DNA of 27,588 bases from a virus (taxonomy: Duplodnaviria; Caudoviricetes). Both the position numbers and the translations under genes were made by a program. The notes below the pieces were generated by a model that ran no database searches, was not told the DNA's origin, and worked only from the letters and a program-made list of their open reading frames with translations. The stretch is from IMG/VR virus record IMGVR_UViG_3300033067_000363, positions 1-27,588 of that record. One strand, written 5' to 3'. Below are positions 9,045 through 17,477 of the stretch, piece after piece. How positions within the stretch are numbered: position 1 is the first letter of the stretch; every line of letters begins with the position of its first letter.

Positions 9045-10256
9045 TTAAGCTACAGCTGAATCTTGGATTTGGATTGTAGTTGCAGGTAAACCAGCACTTG
9101 TTACATCGTTTAAGAGAGCTTGGAAGCTTGTAGAAGCAACTAAACCTAACTCTTGGTCATCCTTGCTGAAGCTACCGAGTTTGACTTTAGGGATGGTGAA
9201 TGTTACGAAGTCAGCATTTGCAGCAGTACTTGTAGTCATTGCCATTACTAAGCTAACAACAGTTTCATCTTTGAAGTAGTTACGGAATGTAGCATCTTGG
9301 AAGTAAACACTTAAGTTACCAGTAACACGTACACGACCTGTGAAGATATCAGCAACAGAGTTAGAACCAACAGCAGTAGCATTCTCAGTAGCACGTTCGA
9401 TTGTGAAATCGGCAGAAGTTACTAAAGCAACTGGTTGACCTTGTACTAACATTACACCGTTAACAGCAGCGAAAATACCGTTTGTATTTTGTGCAGTTGG
9501 TGAGCTGAAGTATTGTGAAGTACCTGTTTGTGTTAAGTCTTTACCAGCAAAGCCGATATCGATTGTGCTTAAACCAGTAGCTGGTAATTGAATAGCAACG
9601 CTATTAACTTTCATACCAGTGTAAACTTCTGATTGAGCAATGTCAGAATACCATTCTTCAACAGTATATGATTGATCAGTGTGACCAGTTGTAGGAACGT
9701 AAGTTACTTTACCAGTAGCTGTAACGGTTACAGATGCGATTGGACCTTCTTCAGCTAATAGTGTACCATTAACTACTGAAACAGTTAATTCTGTAGCAGT
9801 CATAGAAGCGATTAATAGGTTCTTACCAACGTTATCTACATCAAGACCTGCACCAGTTAAACGAACGACCATACCGACTAGGAAGCCATCGCTTAAGAAT
9901 GAACCAGTACCACGAGTGATAGTGAATAATGAACCAGAAGCAGCAATAGTTACTGAAAGGCTAGAAACAGTAGGCGCTGTAGTGAAATCACGAGCTACAA
10001 CTGAACCCATAAAATCTGCATAACTAGCAGGTGATAATTCACCATTTAAAGAACCTTCAGCACTGCGTACACCGTGACGGAAATCAGCTACTTGGCGATC
10101 TGTACGAATTTCATTTGATTCGTAAGTTTCTTTCATCAAGTTGAAGTTAGCAGTAACTCTACGAAGCAATTTACCAGAGGTATTGCCAGCAATTGTACCG
10201 AAAGTTGTTTCTTTTTTGTAGCCAACTTGTTTGGCTGTACCTTTTGAAATTGTCAT
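9045..10256 (-). CDS. Major tail tube protein
   Basis: KETTFG, ESNEIRTDRQVADFRHG and GRVRVTGNLSVYF tube motifs; strong codon bias; position. Confidence 0.9.
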   Translation of the reverse strand: MTISKGTAKQVGYKKETTFGTIAGNTSGKLLRRVTANFNLMKETYESNEIRTDRQVADFRHGVRSAEGSLNGELSPASYADFMGSVVARDFTTAPTVSSLSVTIAASGSLFTITRGTGSFLSDGFLVGMVVRLTGAGLDVDNVGKNLLIASMTATELTVSVVNGTLLAEEGPIASVTVTATGKVTYVPTTGHTDQSYTVEEWYSDIAQSEVYTGMKVNSVAIQLPATGLSTIDIGFAGKDLTQTGTSQYFSSPTAQNTNGIFAAVNGVMLVQGQPVALVTSADFTIERATENATAVGSNSVADIFTGRVRVTGNLSVYFQDATFRNYFKDETVVSLVMAMTTSTAANADFVTFTIPKVKLGSFSKDDQELGLVASTSFQALLNDVTSAGLPATTIQIQDSAVA

Positions 10257-10321
10257 GTTATTTTCCTTATTTAATTTACATTTTGCAAAATGTCTGATTC
10301 AGGTAATCAGCAACCATTTAA

Positions 10322-10729
10322 TTAGGCTGAATAAACTTCAGCTACTAATTCAATTATTACAGGACACACAAGCCTGTCAGATGCAACACTGGTTCCTGCA
10401 ATTTGCGGTGTACGCAAAACATGAATTCTAATATTGTCTTCTAACAAAGTCAAACCTTTATTGAAATGGTTTCTGACTAATTCGGCACGAGCTATAACTT
10501 CAGCTGTTCCCTTGTTTAATGCACCAGCAATAAATACTTGCATGGTGATTCGTTCACGATAAAAACCAGTTCCTAAAACAGGATCGTCTGGAGGTTGTAT
10601 TGTGAACTGAACTCTTTGATATAAGCCAGCAGGTGGTGTAAAGGTAACACCTTCATAACCTGTAGCTACAGTTGGCGCTAGAGTTGAAAGGTGTCTTTCA
10701 GTGGCTCTTTTAACTTCAATGATTGCCAT
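10322..10729 (-). CDS. Tail terminator/tail completion protein
   Basis: 135 aa immediately before the tail tube; beta-rich, EGVTFTPP and NKGT..VIARAELVRNHF pattern. Confidence 0.7.
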   Translation of the reverse strand: MAIIEVKRATERHLSTLAPTVATGYEGVTFTPPAGLYQRVQFTIQPPDDPVLGTGFYRERITMQVFIAGALNKGTAEVIARAELVRNHFNKGLTLLEDNIRIHVLRTPQIAGTSVASDRLVCPVIIELVAEVYSA

Positions 10730-11271
10730 TATGTCGCCTTATAAAATTCATTTAATTGTAATTGGTAAACACCTAAGATAGAATCTAGGGTAGGTTGCAT
10801 AATACCATTCGGTGCTTGATCAGAAGCGCCACTTTCCAATGACAATACTGGATCACCGTTTTTATAATGTGAGAATGACCATCCATCTGTACCAACATAA
10901 GGTACACTGTTAACCACGTATACTGTATCACCTAATTTATAATTTCTAGAATCATGTTCAGCGAAACTTTTTGTATTAGTTGCATTTTCACCATCGGCTC
11001 TAAGAGGTACAAGTTCTTTGGAATATTCATTCATCCAAATACCCCAACCACCTTTAGCAGAACCTTCAAATGGTTGCATGTACTTTAAGCGACTAGCTGC
11101 ATTATATAATTTGAAATAGTTTTGACTATCACCGTATGGTGTATTTTCAATTGCTTGCCATGCGATTTTATAGCTGAATATCTCAACCATATTTTCCATG
11201 CGTTTTACAGCATCTTTATGAAATTCCTGCAATTGCTTTAATAAGGCATCTGTATTGCATGATATTTTCAT
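10729..11271 (-). CDS. Neck/tail completion protein (HK97 gp10-like)
   Basis: NTP..., NSVPYV, LESGASDQAPNGIM motifs; position. Confidence 0.7.
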   Translation of the reverse strand: MKISCNTDALLKQLQEFHKDAVKRMENMVEIFSYKIAWQAIENTPYGDSQNYFKLYNAASRLKYMQPFEGSAKGGWGIWMNEYSKELVPLRADGENATNTKSFAEHDSRNYKLGDTVYVVNSVPYVGTDGWSFSHYKNGDPVLSLESGASDQAPNGIMQPTLDSILGVYQLQLNEFYKAT

Positions 11272-11274
11272 AGA

Positions 11275-11634
11275 TTAACCTTTTATGGCAACTAATCGAT
11301 ATAATACTAATTCACCTTTTGCTCGGTGTTCAACTAATGAATCGATTGTGAATGTTTCACCAGATACTGTAATCTTATCTCTAACAGCAGGAGTAAAAGC
11401 TAAACTATCATTAGCTAAGTAAAAGATAGCTGCTGTTTTTCCGATTAAATTTGGGTAGCTATACTGATTAGCACTAATATGCTTCTTATACATTTTTACA
11501 GTATAAGTTGTTTCAGTATTTGAAATTGAACCAGTTTCAATATTATAAGCGCCTTCTGCTACAGTAACGTAAGACATTGACTCGCCATGAATATTAATTA
11601 ACTTCTTTGTTGAGGCTAAGAACGCATTAGACAT
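11275..11634 (-). CDS. Head closure/head-tail joining protein
   Basis: 119 aa with GAYNIETG and TPAVRDKI motifs; position after the adaptor. Confidence 0.7.
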   Translation of the reverse strand: MSNAFLASTKKLINIHGESMSYVTVAEGAYNIETGSISNTETTYTVKMYKKHISANQYSYPNLIGKTAAIFYLANDSLAFTPAVRDKITVSGETFTIDSLVEHRAKGELVLYRLVAIKG

Positions 11635-11636
11635 TA

Positions 11637-12041
11637 TTATACCTCAAAGAAATTAGTTGGTAATGAGCTTTGACTTTCAGAAGGGGTTACGATAACATTA
11701 TTATCGCTATTTGCATTATTTGCATCCATGTCAGCTAAACTAATACCACCAGCATACGGCATAGCGTTATTATAAACTGGATTCATATCTGGATTAGAGA
11801 TATACATCTTCAGTGCTTGCATGTAGCTCTTAGATGCGCTAGAGCCTTTGATAGAGAAGATATCTACAGTTTCATCAGTACGCATTGACAATTTAAAAAT
11901 AATTGACTTGGCAGCATCCATAGCTGCTCTACGCATTGAGCCTGAGTTCTTATCTAGAAAATACTGATATTCTGAATCGGACATAACAGGCAGTGCAGTA
12001 TCAGTGTCGCCTAATTCGATTCTAAGATTTGCAACTGTCAT
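11637..12041 (-). CDS. Head-tail adaptor/connector
   Basis: LRIELGDTD...MSDSEYQYFL motif; first gene after the MCP. Confidence 0.75.
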   Translation of the reverse strand: MTVANLRIELGDTDTALPVMSDSEYQYFLDKNSGSMRRAAMDAAKSIIFKLSMRTDETVDIFSIKGSSASKSYMQALKMYISNPDMNPVYNNAMPYAGGISLADMDANNANSDNNVIVTPSESQSSLPTNFFEV

Positions 12042-12095
12042 ATTTGTTCCTTTATTAAATTTCTAACATAGAATCCTATTTCTAAGACTCTACAT

Positions 12096-12117
12096 TAGAA
12101 AGCCTCCCGAAGGAGGC
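12096..12117 (-). terminator. Rho-independent terminator after the major capsid gene
   Basis: GCCTCC-TTCG-GGAGGC (cUUCGg loop) followed by TTTCT. Confidence 0.8.
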
Positions 12118-12132
12118 AATCCCATCTAATGA

Positions 12133-13146
12133 TTAGTTAGAAGTTGTGACCTTAACCACAGCAGCAGGGCGGCGAATTAAGTTCAAGAAGTTTGATTCAG
12201 TTTGAATCTGGATCTCAACATCTTTTGGATCACGGTAAGTGAAAGCGTAAGCTTCTTCACCGAGAGTGTTTACGTGGCTGAAACGGTTAGCAGGTGAGAA
12301 GTATGTCTTGAACATATCAGCTGTACCTGTTGGTAACATTACGCCTTCGCCAGCAGGGATGAGGGCTGTACCGTTGAATGAACCACGGTATTCAATGTAA
12401 GTTACGCCACCGTGTTCAAAACGGCGATATAAACCAGAACCTAAACGGTTACGTAATGGCTCTTGTGTGCTAGTGTAATACTTGTAAGCTTCTTTAACAG
12501 TAGCGTGAGCGATTAACTTAGCGAAGAATGTTGGTGAGCAGAGAACGATCACTTGGTTCACGACTTCACCAGTTAAGATGTTGTCTTGAATGTGAGCGAT
12601 ACCTTCTTCAGACTTGGCGAGTAAGTCGGTAGTTGTAGTACCTAATACGAAGTCGATAGACTTTTGTGTAACGCCGAAATCGGTGAAGAAGTTACCAGAA
12701 ACTGTACCGTTTGGAGCGTAGATAGCGCCAGTAGTGAGTGCGTAAGCACGAGCAGCTTCGAGAGTGATAGCGTGGTTAGAACGGATACGCTCTAATTTAC
12801 GTGCTGTAACAGCAGCTTCGGTTTCAGCAGCATCTGCATTACCGTAAGCGCGTTTACCTTGTACGTCTTCTGGCTTGATAGCGTCATCAAGTGGGAAGTG
12901 AGGGATTGGGAAAGAACGTAATGCACGAGTGTCATCAGAGTTAACTGTGTTACGAGCGCCACGAACTTGGTCGGTTACTAAACCTAATGTACCTTGAGAA
13001 GACTCAACGGTTACTGAGTGTTGAGCTACAGATTCATTAGAGAAGATGCCTAATTCATTGATTAGACCCCATTTGTTAGGAACTAGTAAAAGTTCTTGTG
13101 TGTAGTCTACTAATTCAAATGGTTTTTCAAAACTGCGTACTTGCAT
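12133..13146 (-). CDS. Major capsid protein (lambda gpE-like, HK97 fold)
   Basis: IPHFPLDDAIKPEDVQGKRAYG, FEHGGVTYIEY, QTESNFLNLIRRP motifs; strong codon bias. Confidence 0.93.
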   Translation of the reverse strand: MQVRSFEKPFELVDYTQELLLVPNKWGLINELGIFSNESVAQHSVTVESSQGTLGLVTDQVRGARNTVNSDDTRALRSFPIPHFPLDDAIKPEDVQGKRAYGNADAAETEAAVTARKLERIRSNHAITLEAARAYALTTGAIYAPNGTVSGNFFTDFGVTQKSIDFVLGTTTTDLLAKSEEGIAHIQDNILTGEVVNQVIVLCSPTFFAKLIAHATVKEAYKYYTSTQEPLRNRLGSGLYRRFEHGGVTYIEYRGSFNGTALIPAGEGVMLPTGTADMFKTYFSPANRFSHVNTLGEEAYAFTYRDPKDVEIQIQTESNFLNLIRRPAAVVKVTTSN

Positions 13147-13180
13147 GTTATATATTCCTTATTATTTGTTGAAATTCAGA

Positions 13181-13582
13181 TTAGATTGCATCGTTGCAAT
13201 TGATACCCTTGGCTTCGAGAGCAGCGTATACTGCAGCTTTTTCAGCATCGAGGTTATAAGTTGCATCTAATACTAAACCAGCCTTTGATACGATAGCTGG
13301 ACCTTTGATAAGGACGAGTACCTTGGTGTCAGTAGTAGCAGCAATTGATTGCTCACCGATAACGATAGCGTCAGCGACTTCTGAACCGTCTGTAGCAGTT
13401 TGTACAGCGATTTTGTACTTACCACCATCGGTTACTTTACCGAGGACAGTTCCGGGAACGTATGACTTAGCTGCGCCTTCGTTCACGGTTACAACTGCAC
13501 GAGTGTAACCAGACTCTGACCATAATTCTTGCTTAACTACGTTTGATAGACGTTTAGCTTCTGTTGCGAATGGATTTGCCAT
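13181..13582 (-). CDS. Head decoration protein (lambda gpD-like)
   Basis: PGTVLGKVT..GKY, ATDGSEVADAI, LEAKGI motifs; immediately upstream of the MCP. Confidence 0.85.
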   Translation of the reverse strand: MANPFATEAKRLSNVVKQELWSESGYTRAVVTVNEGAAKSYVPGTVLGKVTDGGKYKIAVQTATDGSEVADAIVIGEQSIAATTDTKVLVLIKGPAIVSKAGLVLDATYNLDAEKAAVYAALEAKGINCNDAI

Positions 13583-13604
13583 TTTAATTTTCCTTTAATT
13601 TAAA

Positions 13605-14588
13605 TTACTTTGTAGCTTGCTTGGCTTTTAGCAATTTCGCCACAGCAGATTCTTGAATTGCAGGTTCTTCAGTAGTTGAAGCACCCTTTTCAACAAACAT
13701 CTCAGATGTTTCAACAGTAGTCATCATAGCTTGCATAGCAGCTAAGAATGCTGTAAAATCATCTTCAGATTCTAATGATAGAGCAGCCTTTGCGATTGCT
13801 TCTACTTTGCTTTCGTCTTTGACGATAGCTTTAACTTGTTCAGTTTTTGCTTTATTGATAGCTTCTTTTTTCTCAGCTTCAAAGGTAGCAATTGTATCTA
13901 AAGCTTTTTGTAACTGTACTTTTTGTTCTTCGAGAGCTTTTTGTACTAGTTCAAATTGAGCTTTTTCTACGGTTTCGATTTTTACATCTTCGTCCATCTT
14001 AGATTTCTCCAATTCTTCTTTGTTAACAGAGGTAGATACCTCTTCTTTAATAACCTCGCATGCGGGTGAGGTATCAGTACCTTCTGCAGAAGCAGCTGGT
14101 GCGGATTCGGTTGTAGACTTCTCTACTTTAGCTAATGCTTTTTCAATTAATTCTTGATCATTGAGCATAGCTAGATATTCTGTTTCATCTAAATCTGATA
14201 ATACGTCAGCTAGACTTTCTGCATCATTGGCAGATTTCAAGATTTCGAATGCTTCTAATTTAGATTGGATATAATCTTCGTAGTCTTGTGTTTTAACTTC
14301 ATCAGTTACTTCGGGTTTTTCGTAACCCATCATACGAGCTAAAACTTCAGCATCTTCATAGTATACTGAAAAGAATTTACGTAGAAAATCTGGTAATTCC
14401 ATAGTTACTCGAACTTGTTGCATTTTCTGTACAAATTCTTCACTGAACTTATTAGCTTTTAAAACTAAAGCGTAGTCATGGTTATTAGCAGGACCGCCTT
14501 GTTCTTTAGAAACTAAAGCTACGTGAGCGCCTTCTTTTTCAAAGCTAATATCAGAGAGTTTTCTCTTAGCCTTACGTTGTGTTGCCAT
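13605..14588 (-). CDS. Capsid scaffolding protein
   Basis: Acidic, Lys/Glu/Ala-rich coiled-coil between protease and decoration genes; N-terminal HVALVSKEQGGPAN motif. Confidence 0.7.
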   Translation of the reverse strand: MATQRKAKRKLSDISFEKEGAHVALVSKEQGGPANNHDYALVLKANKFSEEFVQKMQQVRVTMELPDFLRKFFSVYYEDAEVLARMMGYEKPEVTDEVKTQDYEDYIQSKLEAFEILKSANDAESLADVLSDLDETEYLAMLNDQELIEKALAKVEKSTTESAPAASAEGTDTSPACEVIKEEVSTSVNKEELEKSKMDEDVKIETVEKAQFELVQKALEEQKVQLQKALDTIATFEAEKKEAINKAKTEQVKAIVKDESKVEAIAKAALSLESEDDFTAFLAAMQAMMTTVETSEMFVEKGASTTEEPAIQESAVAKLLKAKQATK

Positions 14589-14590
14589 TA

Positions 14591-15388
14591 TTATTCCTCT
14601 TCAATTGTTTCGACTGCTGCCAAAGCACCAATACTTAAACCGTTAATATCACCTGATTTAATTAACTCCCAAAGATTGTCATCTAAGGCTTGTACAGTAG
14701 CTAACCACGTACCCTTTTTAACGAATTTATCACCAAGGACAAAATCACTAGGGCAACAGTAACTCTCACAAAATTCAAAAGTGCTTGTTTCAACTAAGTG
14801 AAATAAGTTGGCTTTCATTGAGTATTTATTAAAATTATGACAAGCTTTACGGACTTCAGATTCTGTGGTAGTATCACCATGAGCGTCTACTTCATCTGGA
14901 ACCATTACAATGAAAGTAGCTTGTTTTAATTCTTCATCGACAGCTTTTGTAATAGGTAGCTTGATACCTAGTAACTCATCTTCTGAGTTTAATTCTTGTT
15001 CTGTAATCTCTTTAGTATAAGATTTTACGATCTCTTCTTTCTTGAGAATTGATCTAGCCCACGCTTGACCAGCGGAACCACCCCAAAGTAACCATGCAAT
15101 AGTTCCTGCGGTTGGACCACCATCTGGCATTTTCTTTTTAGGAGCGTAGTTTGATTCGTGTCGGCTGAAGAAAGAATACATTCTTTTCACAGTATCTAAA
15201 CTTAGACTACCATTAATAATATCCCTAGCTCTAGCTACTCCAGAACCTACACCAGCATCGCTGGCTTGACCTGCACTAAGGCCACCTCTGTTCCATTTCT
15301 CACGTAATGCTAAACCTCTACGGGCATTATTTCGCATCGCGTCTGTGGGAGCAAAACTTTTAGCTTTGTTTAATTGTTCCATGCTCAC
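14591..15388 (-). CDS. Prohead protease (XkdF-like) with an extra N-terminal domain
   Basis: C-terminal VMVPDEVDAHGD...NLFH...KGTWL...WELIKSGDINGLSIG; N-terminal GVARARD/RMYSFFSRHE/AWLLWGG domain. Confidence 0.85.
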   Translation of the reverse strand: MSMEQLNKAKSFAPTDAMRNNARRGLALREKWNRGGLSAGQASDAGVGSGVARARDIINGSLSLDTVKRMYSFFSRHESNYAPKKKMPDGGPTAGTIAWLLWGGSAGQAWARSILKKEEIVKSYTKEITEQELNSEDELLGIKLPITKAVDEELKQATFIVMVPDEVDAHGDTTTESEVRKACHNFNKYSMKANLFHLVETSTFEFCESYCCPSDFVLGDKFVKKGTWLATVQALDDNLWELIKSGDINGLSIGALAAVETIEEE

Positions 15389-15410
15389 CTCTTATAAGTA
15401 TATAAACATA

Positions 15411-15439
15411 ATTATATCACATTTTTACTAAAAAATCAA
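15411..15439 (-). promoter_or_regulatory. sigma70-type promoter for the protease-scaffold-capsid operon
   Basis: TTGATT-17 nt-TATAAT, -10 preceded by TGA. Confidence 0.85.
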
Positions 15440-15451
15440 GTGTAAATTTCA

Positions 15452-15670
15452 TTACTTGAAGCCTAATTCGAAGAAATAGTCATACCAAGTTAAAATATCA
15501 CCTGTAAATCTATAAAAATACTCATGCCAGTTTCTAATTCCAGCATCATAAGTCTTTACCCAAACACCATCTTTTTTAACATATACATCGGTTGCAGGAA
15601 CCCAAGTAGAGTTAATTTTAATGGATGGTGTCGAGGTTGACCAGTAATCATCAATCTTAATTAGCTTCAT
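15452..15670 (-). CDS. Small fibre-associated hypothetical protein
   Basis: Repeated IKINSTW / YVKKDGVW beta motif. Confidence 0.6.
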   Translation of the reverse strand: MKLIKIDDYWSTSTPSIKINSTWVPATDVYVKKDGVWVKTYDAGIRNWHEYFYRFTGDILTWYDYFFELGFK

Positions 15671-15673
15671 GAT

Positions 15674-15913
15674 TTAGTACTTTATCCAAATATCCCCGTT
15701 TTCTCCCTGATTAACATCTGGATCATTTTGGGAAATAATAACATCACGTTGACCTAAAGTACCAACTGAGTCTAATTCCTTTAAGCTTCCATCTGAGAAT
15801 TTAATAATTAATTTACCTTGATGGGTATATAATTTAGTAAATCCTTCTGGTGGAGTAATACCGTCATCAGCAATATCTGGAATTTGAATAGGTGTTAATA
15901 AACGATAACTCAT
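15674..15913 (-). CDS. Small fibre-associated hypothetical protein
   Basis: Ends in ISQNDP...GENGDIWIKY, a motif common in fibre modules; ATGA overlap with the upstream gene. Confidence 0.6.
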   Translation of the reverse strand: MSYRLLTPIQIPDIADDGITPPEGFTKLYTHQGKLIIKFSDGSLKELDSVGTLGQRDVIISQNDPDVNQGENGDIWIKY

Positions 15914-17244
15914 GCTTTAACTCCTATAATAGTAACTGCCAAATCTGTGGTATCTATAGAAGTAGTAATTGTAAGTGAATTTACGTTTACTGAAGAAACT
16001 GCGGTTTGGACCTGAGAGCCAGATAACATGGTATTAATAGTAAACGCATCTTCATCGACTAAGCCTAGATTATGTGTAATAGTATATGCAGTATTTGCTA
16101 CAGTATTAATCTTACCAAAATAGGTTGAACTACTAGAAGTATTTATGCTGCTATTTTTCCATAGATGGGTATTTCCATCATATACTAATATTTCACCATC
16201 TACTGGATCAACAATTAAAACATCGTGAAGTTCATCTAATTCATAGCCGTTTTGAACTTTAACTTCAATAGTACCTTGATTTTGATGACTTCTAGTGACT
16301 ACACCTACATATACCATATGGTACGGTGCATGGTGTTTAGTTGTAGTGTATGCGCCAGCTGTCGTTGGGCTTAAGTATAACTGTACTCCTTCCGCAAACG
16401 CTGAGGTATCCAGACCTGCAACAATACCCACGATAGTAACATATCCATTTTGATTATGTAATATATTATTTGTAACTAAACCAAGAGTCTGAGCAGAAGT
16501 TTGATCACTGGTTGCAATTGCTTTACTGACAAGAGGTTTATTACCCGCTGCTCCAGAAATATAAACAGCAGTACCTTTTGTTAGAGTTGCACCTGTTTCA
16601 TTACGTACTTGAATAACAAGCGTTGAAGCAGGTGATGCTTCCGAAACTTGCAGGTGATAAGTATTTCCAGCTTTTACTACATTCAAACTTCCGTCAGGAG
16701 AATCAATAATAGTTTGATCAATATATGGAGTTACGCTTAAATCAAAAGTATTTCCATCTGAAACGATTGTTACACTATCGTCAGAAGATAATATTTGAGT
16801 ATTAGGAGCAATTGCAATATTTTGTTCAATACTGCTTAATGCTTCACTAGTAACAATCTTTTCACCAGTATCAAAGGTTAAGATTAATTTACCAGTAGAA
16901 TCGAAATCAGCTGCAATTAATGATCTAAGTACTCCAACTTGTAAAGCATTCTTTGGTAGAAAGGCTTGTTGAATATTAGTTTGCTTACTGATTTCGTTCA
17001 AATTTGGTTTGGTAGCATCTAAAATAGCTTTCAGGTGCGATGGAATAACTGGAGCAACTGCTTTCTTAGTAGAATTGAGAATTTTACGTTCTTCAATACT
17101 TACAGCTTGAGAAGCCGCGAATACAGCAGCTTGCTCATCTTGAAATTTACTAAAAGACTTATTAGCAGTTGTTATATAGATATTCTTTAGCTCTTTAGAT
17201 TTCCCCTGCATGGAGACAGGTAAGTTTGATTCACTCCAATGCAT
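15910..17244 (-). CDS. Putative head fibre/structural protein with a ChaB-like N-terminus
   Basis: N-terminus resembles 17254..17475; C-terminal half VRNETGATLTKGTAVYISG...ELDELHDV is a fibre-type module. Confidence 0.6.
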   Translation of the reverse strand: MHWSESNLPVSMQGKSKELKNIYITTANKSFSKFQDEQAAVFAASQAVSIEERKILNSTKKAVAPVIPSHLKAILDATKPNLNEISKQTNIQQAFLPKNALQVGVLRSLIAADFDSTGKLILTFDTGEKIVTSEALSSIEQNIAIAPNTQILSSDDSVTIVSDGNTFDLSVTPYIDQTIIDSPDGSLNVVKAGNTYHLQVSEASPASTLVIQVRNETGATLTKGTAVYISGAAGNKPLVSKAIATSDQTSAQTLGLVTNNILHNQNGYVTIVGIVAGLDTSAFAEGVQLYLSPTTAGAYTTTKHHAPYHMVYVGVVTRSHQNQGTIEVKVQNGYELDELHDVLIVDPVDGEILVYDGNTHLWKNSSINTSSSSTYFGKINTVANTAYTITHNLGLVDEDAFTINTMLSGSQVQTAVSSVNVNSLTITTSIDTTDLAVTIIGVKA

Positions 17245-17253
17245 GGGTATTCC

Positions 17254-17475
17254 TTATTCGTATTTAGATTTTAGAATATCTTCTACAGACTTCTTAACCT
17301 TTCCTTTTTTAAACGCTGATTCTGCATTTTTCATTGCAGCTAAAGAAGCAATACGTGCTTTCTCTTCTGAACCAGTATCTTTTAAGGTTTGGTTAAAGAC
17401 TCGAATAGCTACTTCTTGAACAGCATCTGACTTTTTACTAGCCCACTGTGGTGGGTTTGATTTTGAATATGGCAT
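17254..17475 (-). CDS. ChaB-like small protein
   Basis: MPYS..NPP......AIRVFN......EEKA...SLAAMK matches the ChaB pattern. Confidence 0.65.
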   Translation of the reverse strand: MPYSKSNPPQWASKKSDAVQEVAIRVFNQTLKDTGSEEKARIASLAAMKNAESAFKKGKVKKSVEDILKSKYE

Positions 17476-17477
17476 AA

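Noticed and set aside
628-15676. In-frame stop-NNN-start junctions (631/627, 11275/11271, 15674/15670) as readthrough or stop-codon recoding
   Set aside because: Two use TAA; no suppressor tRNA; long genes are uninterrupted in code 11; translational coupling is the simpler explanation
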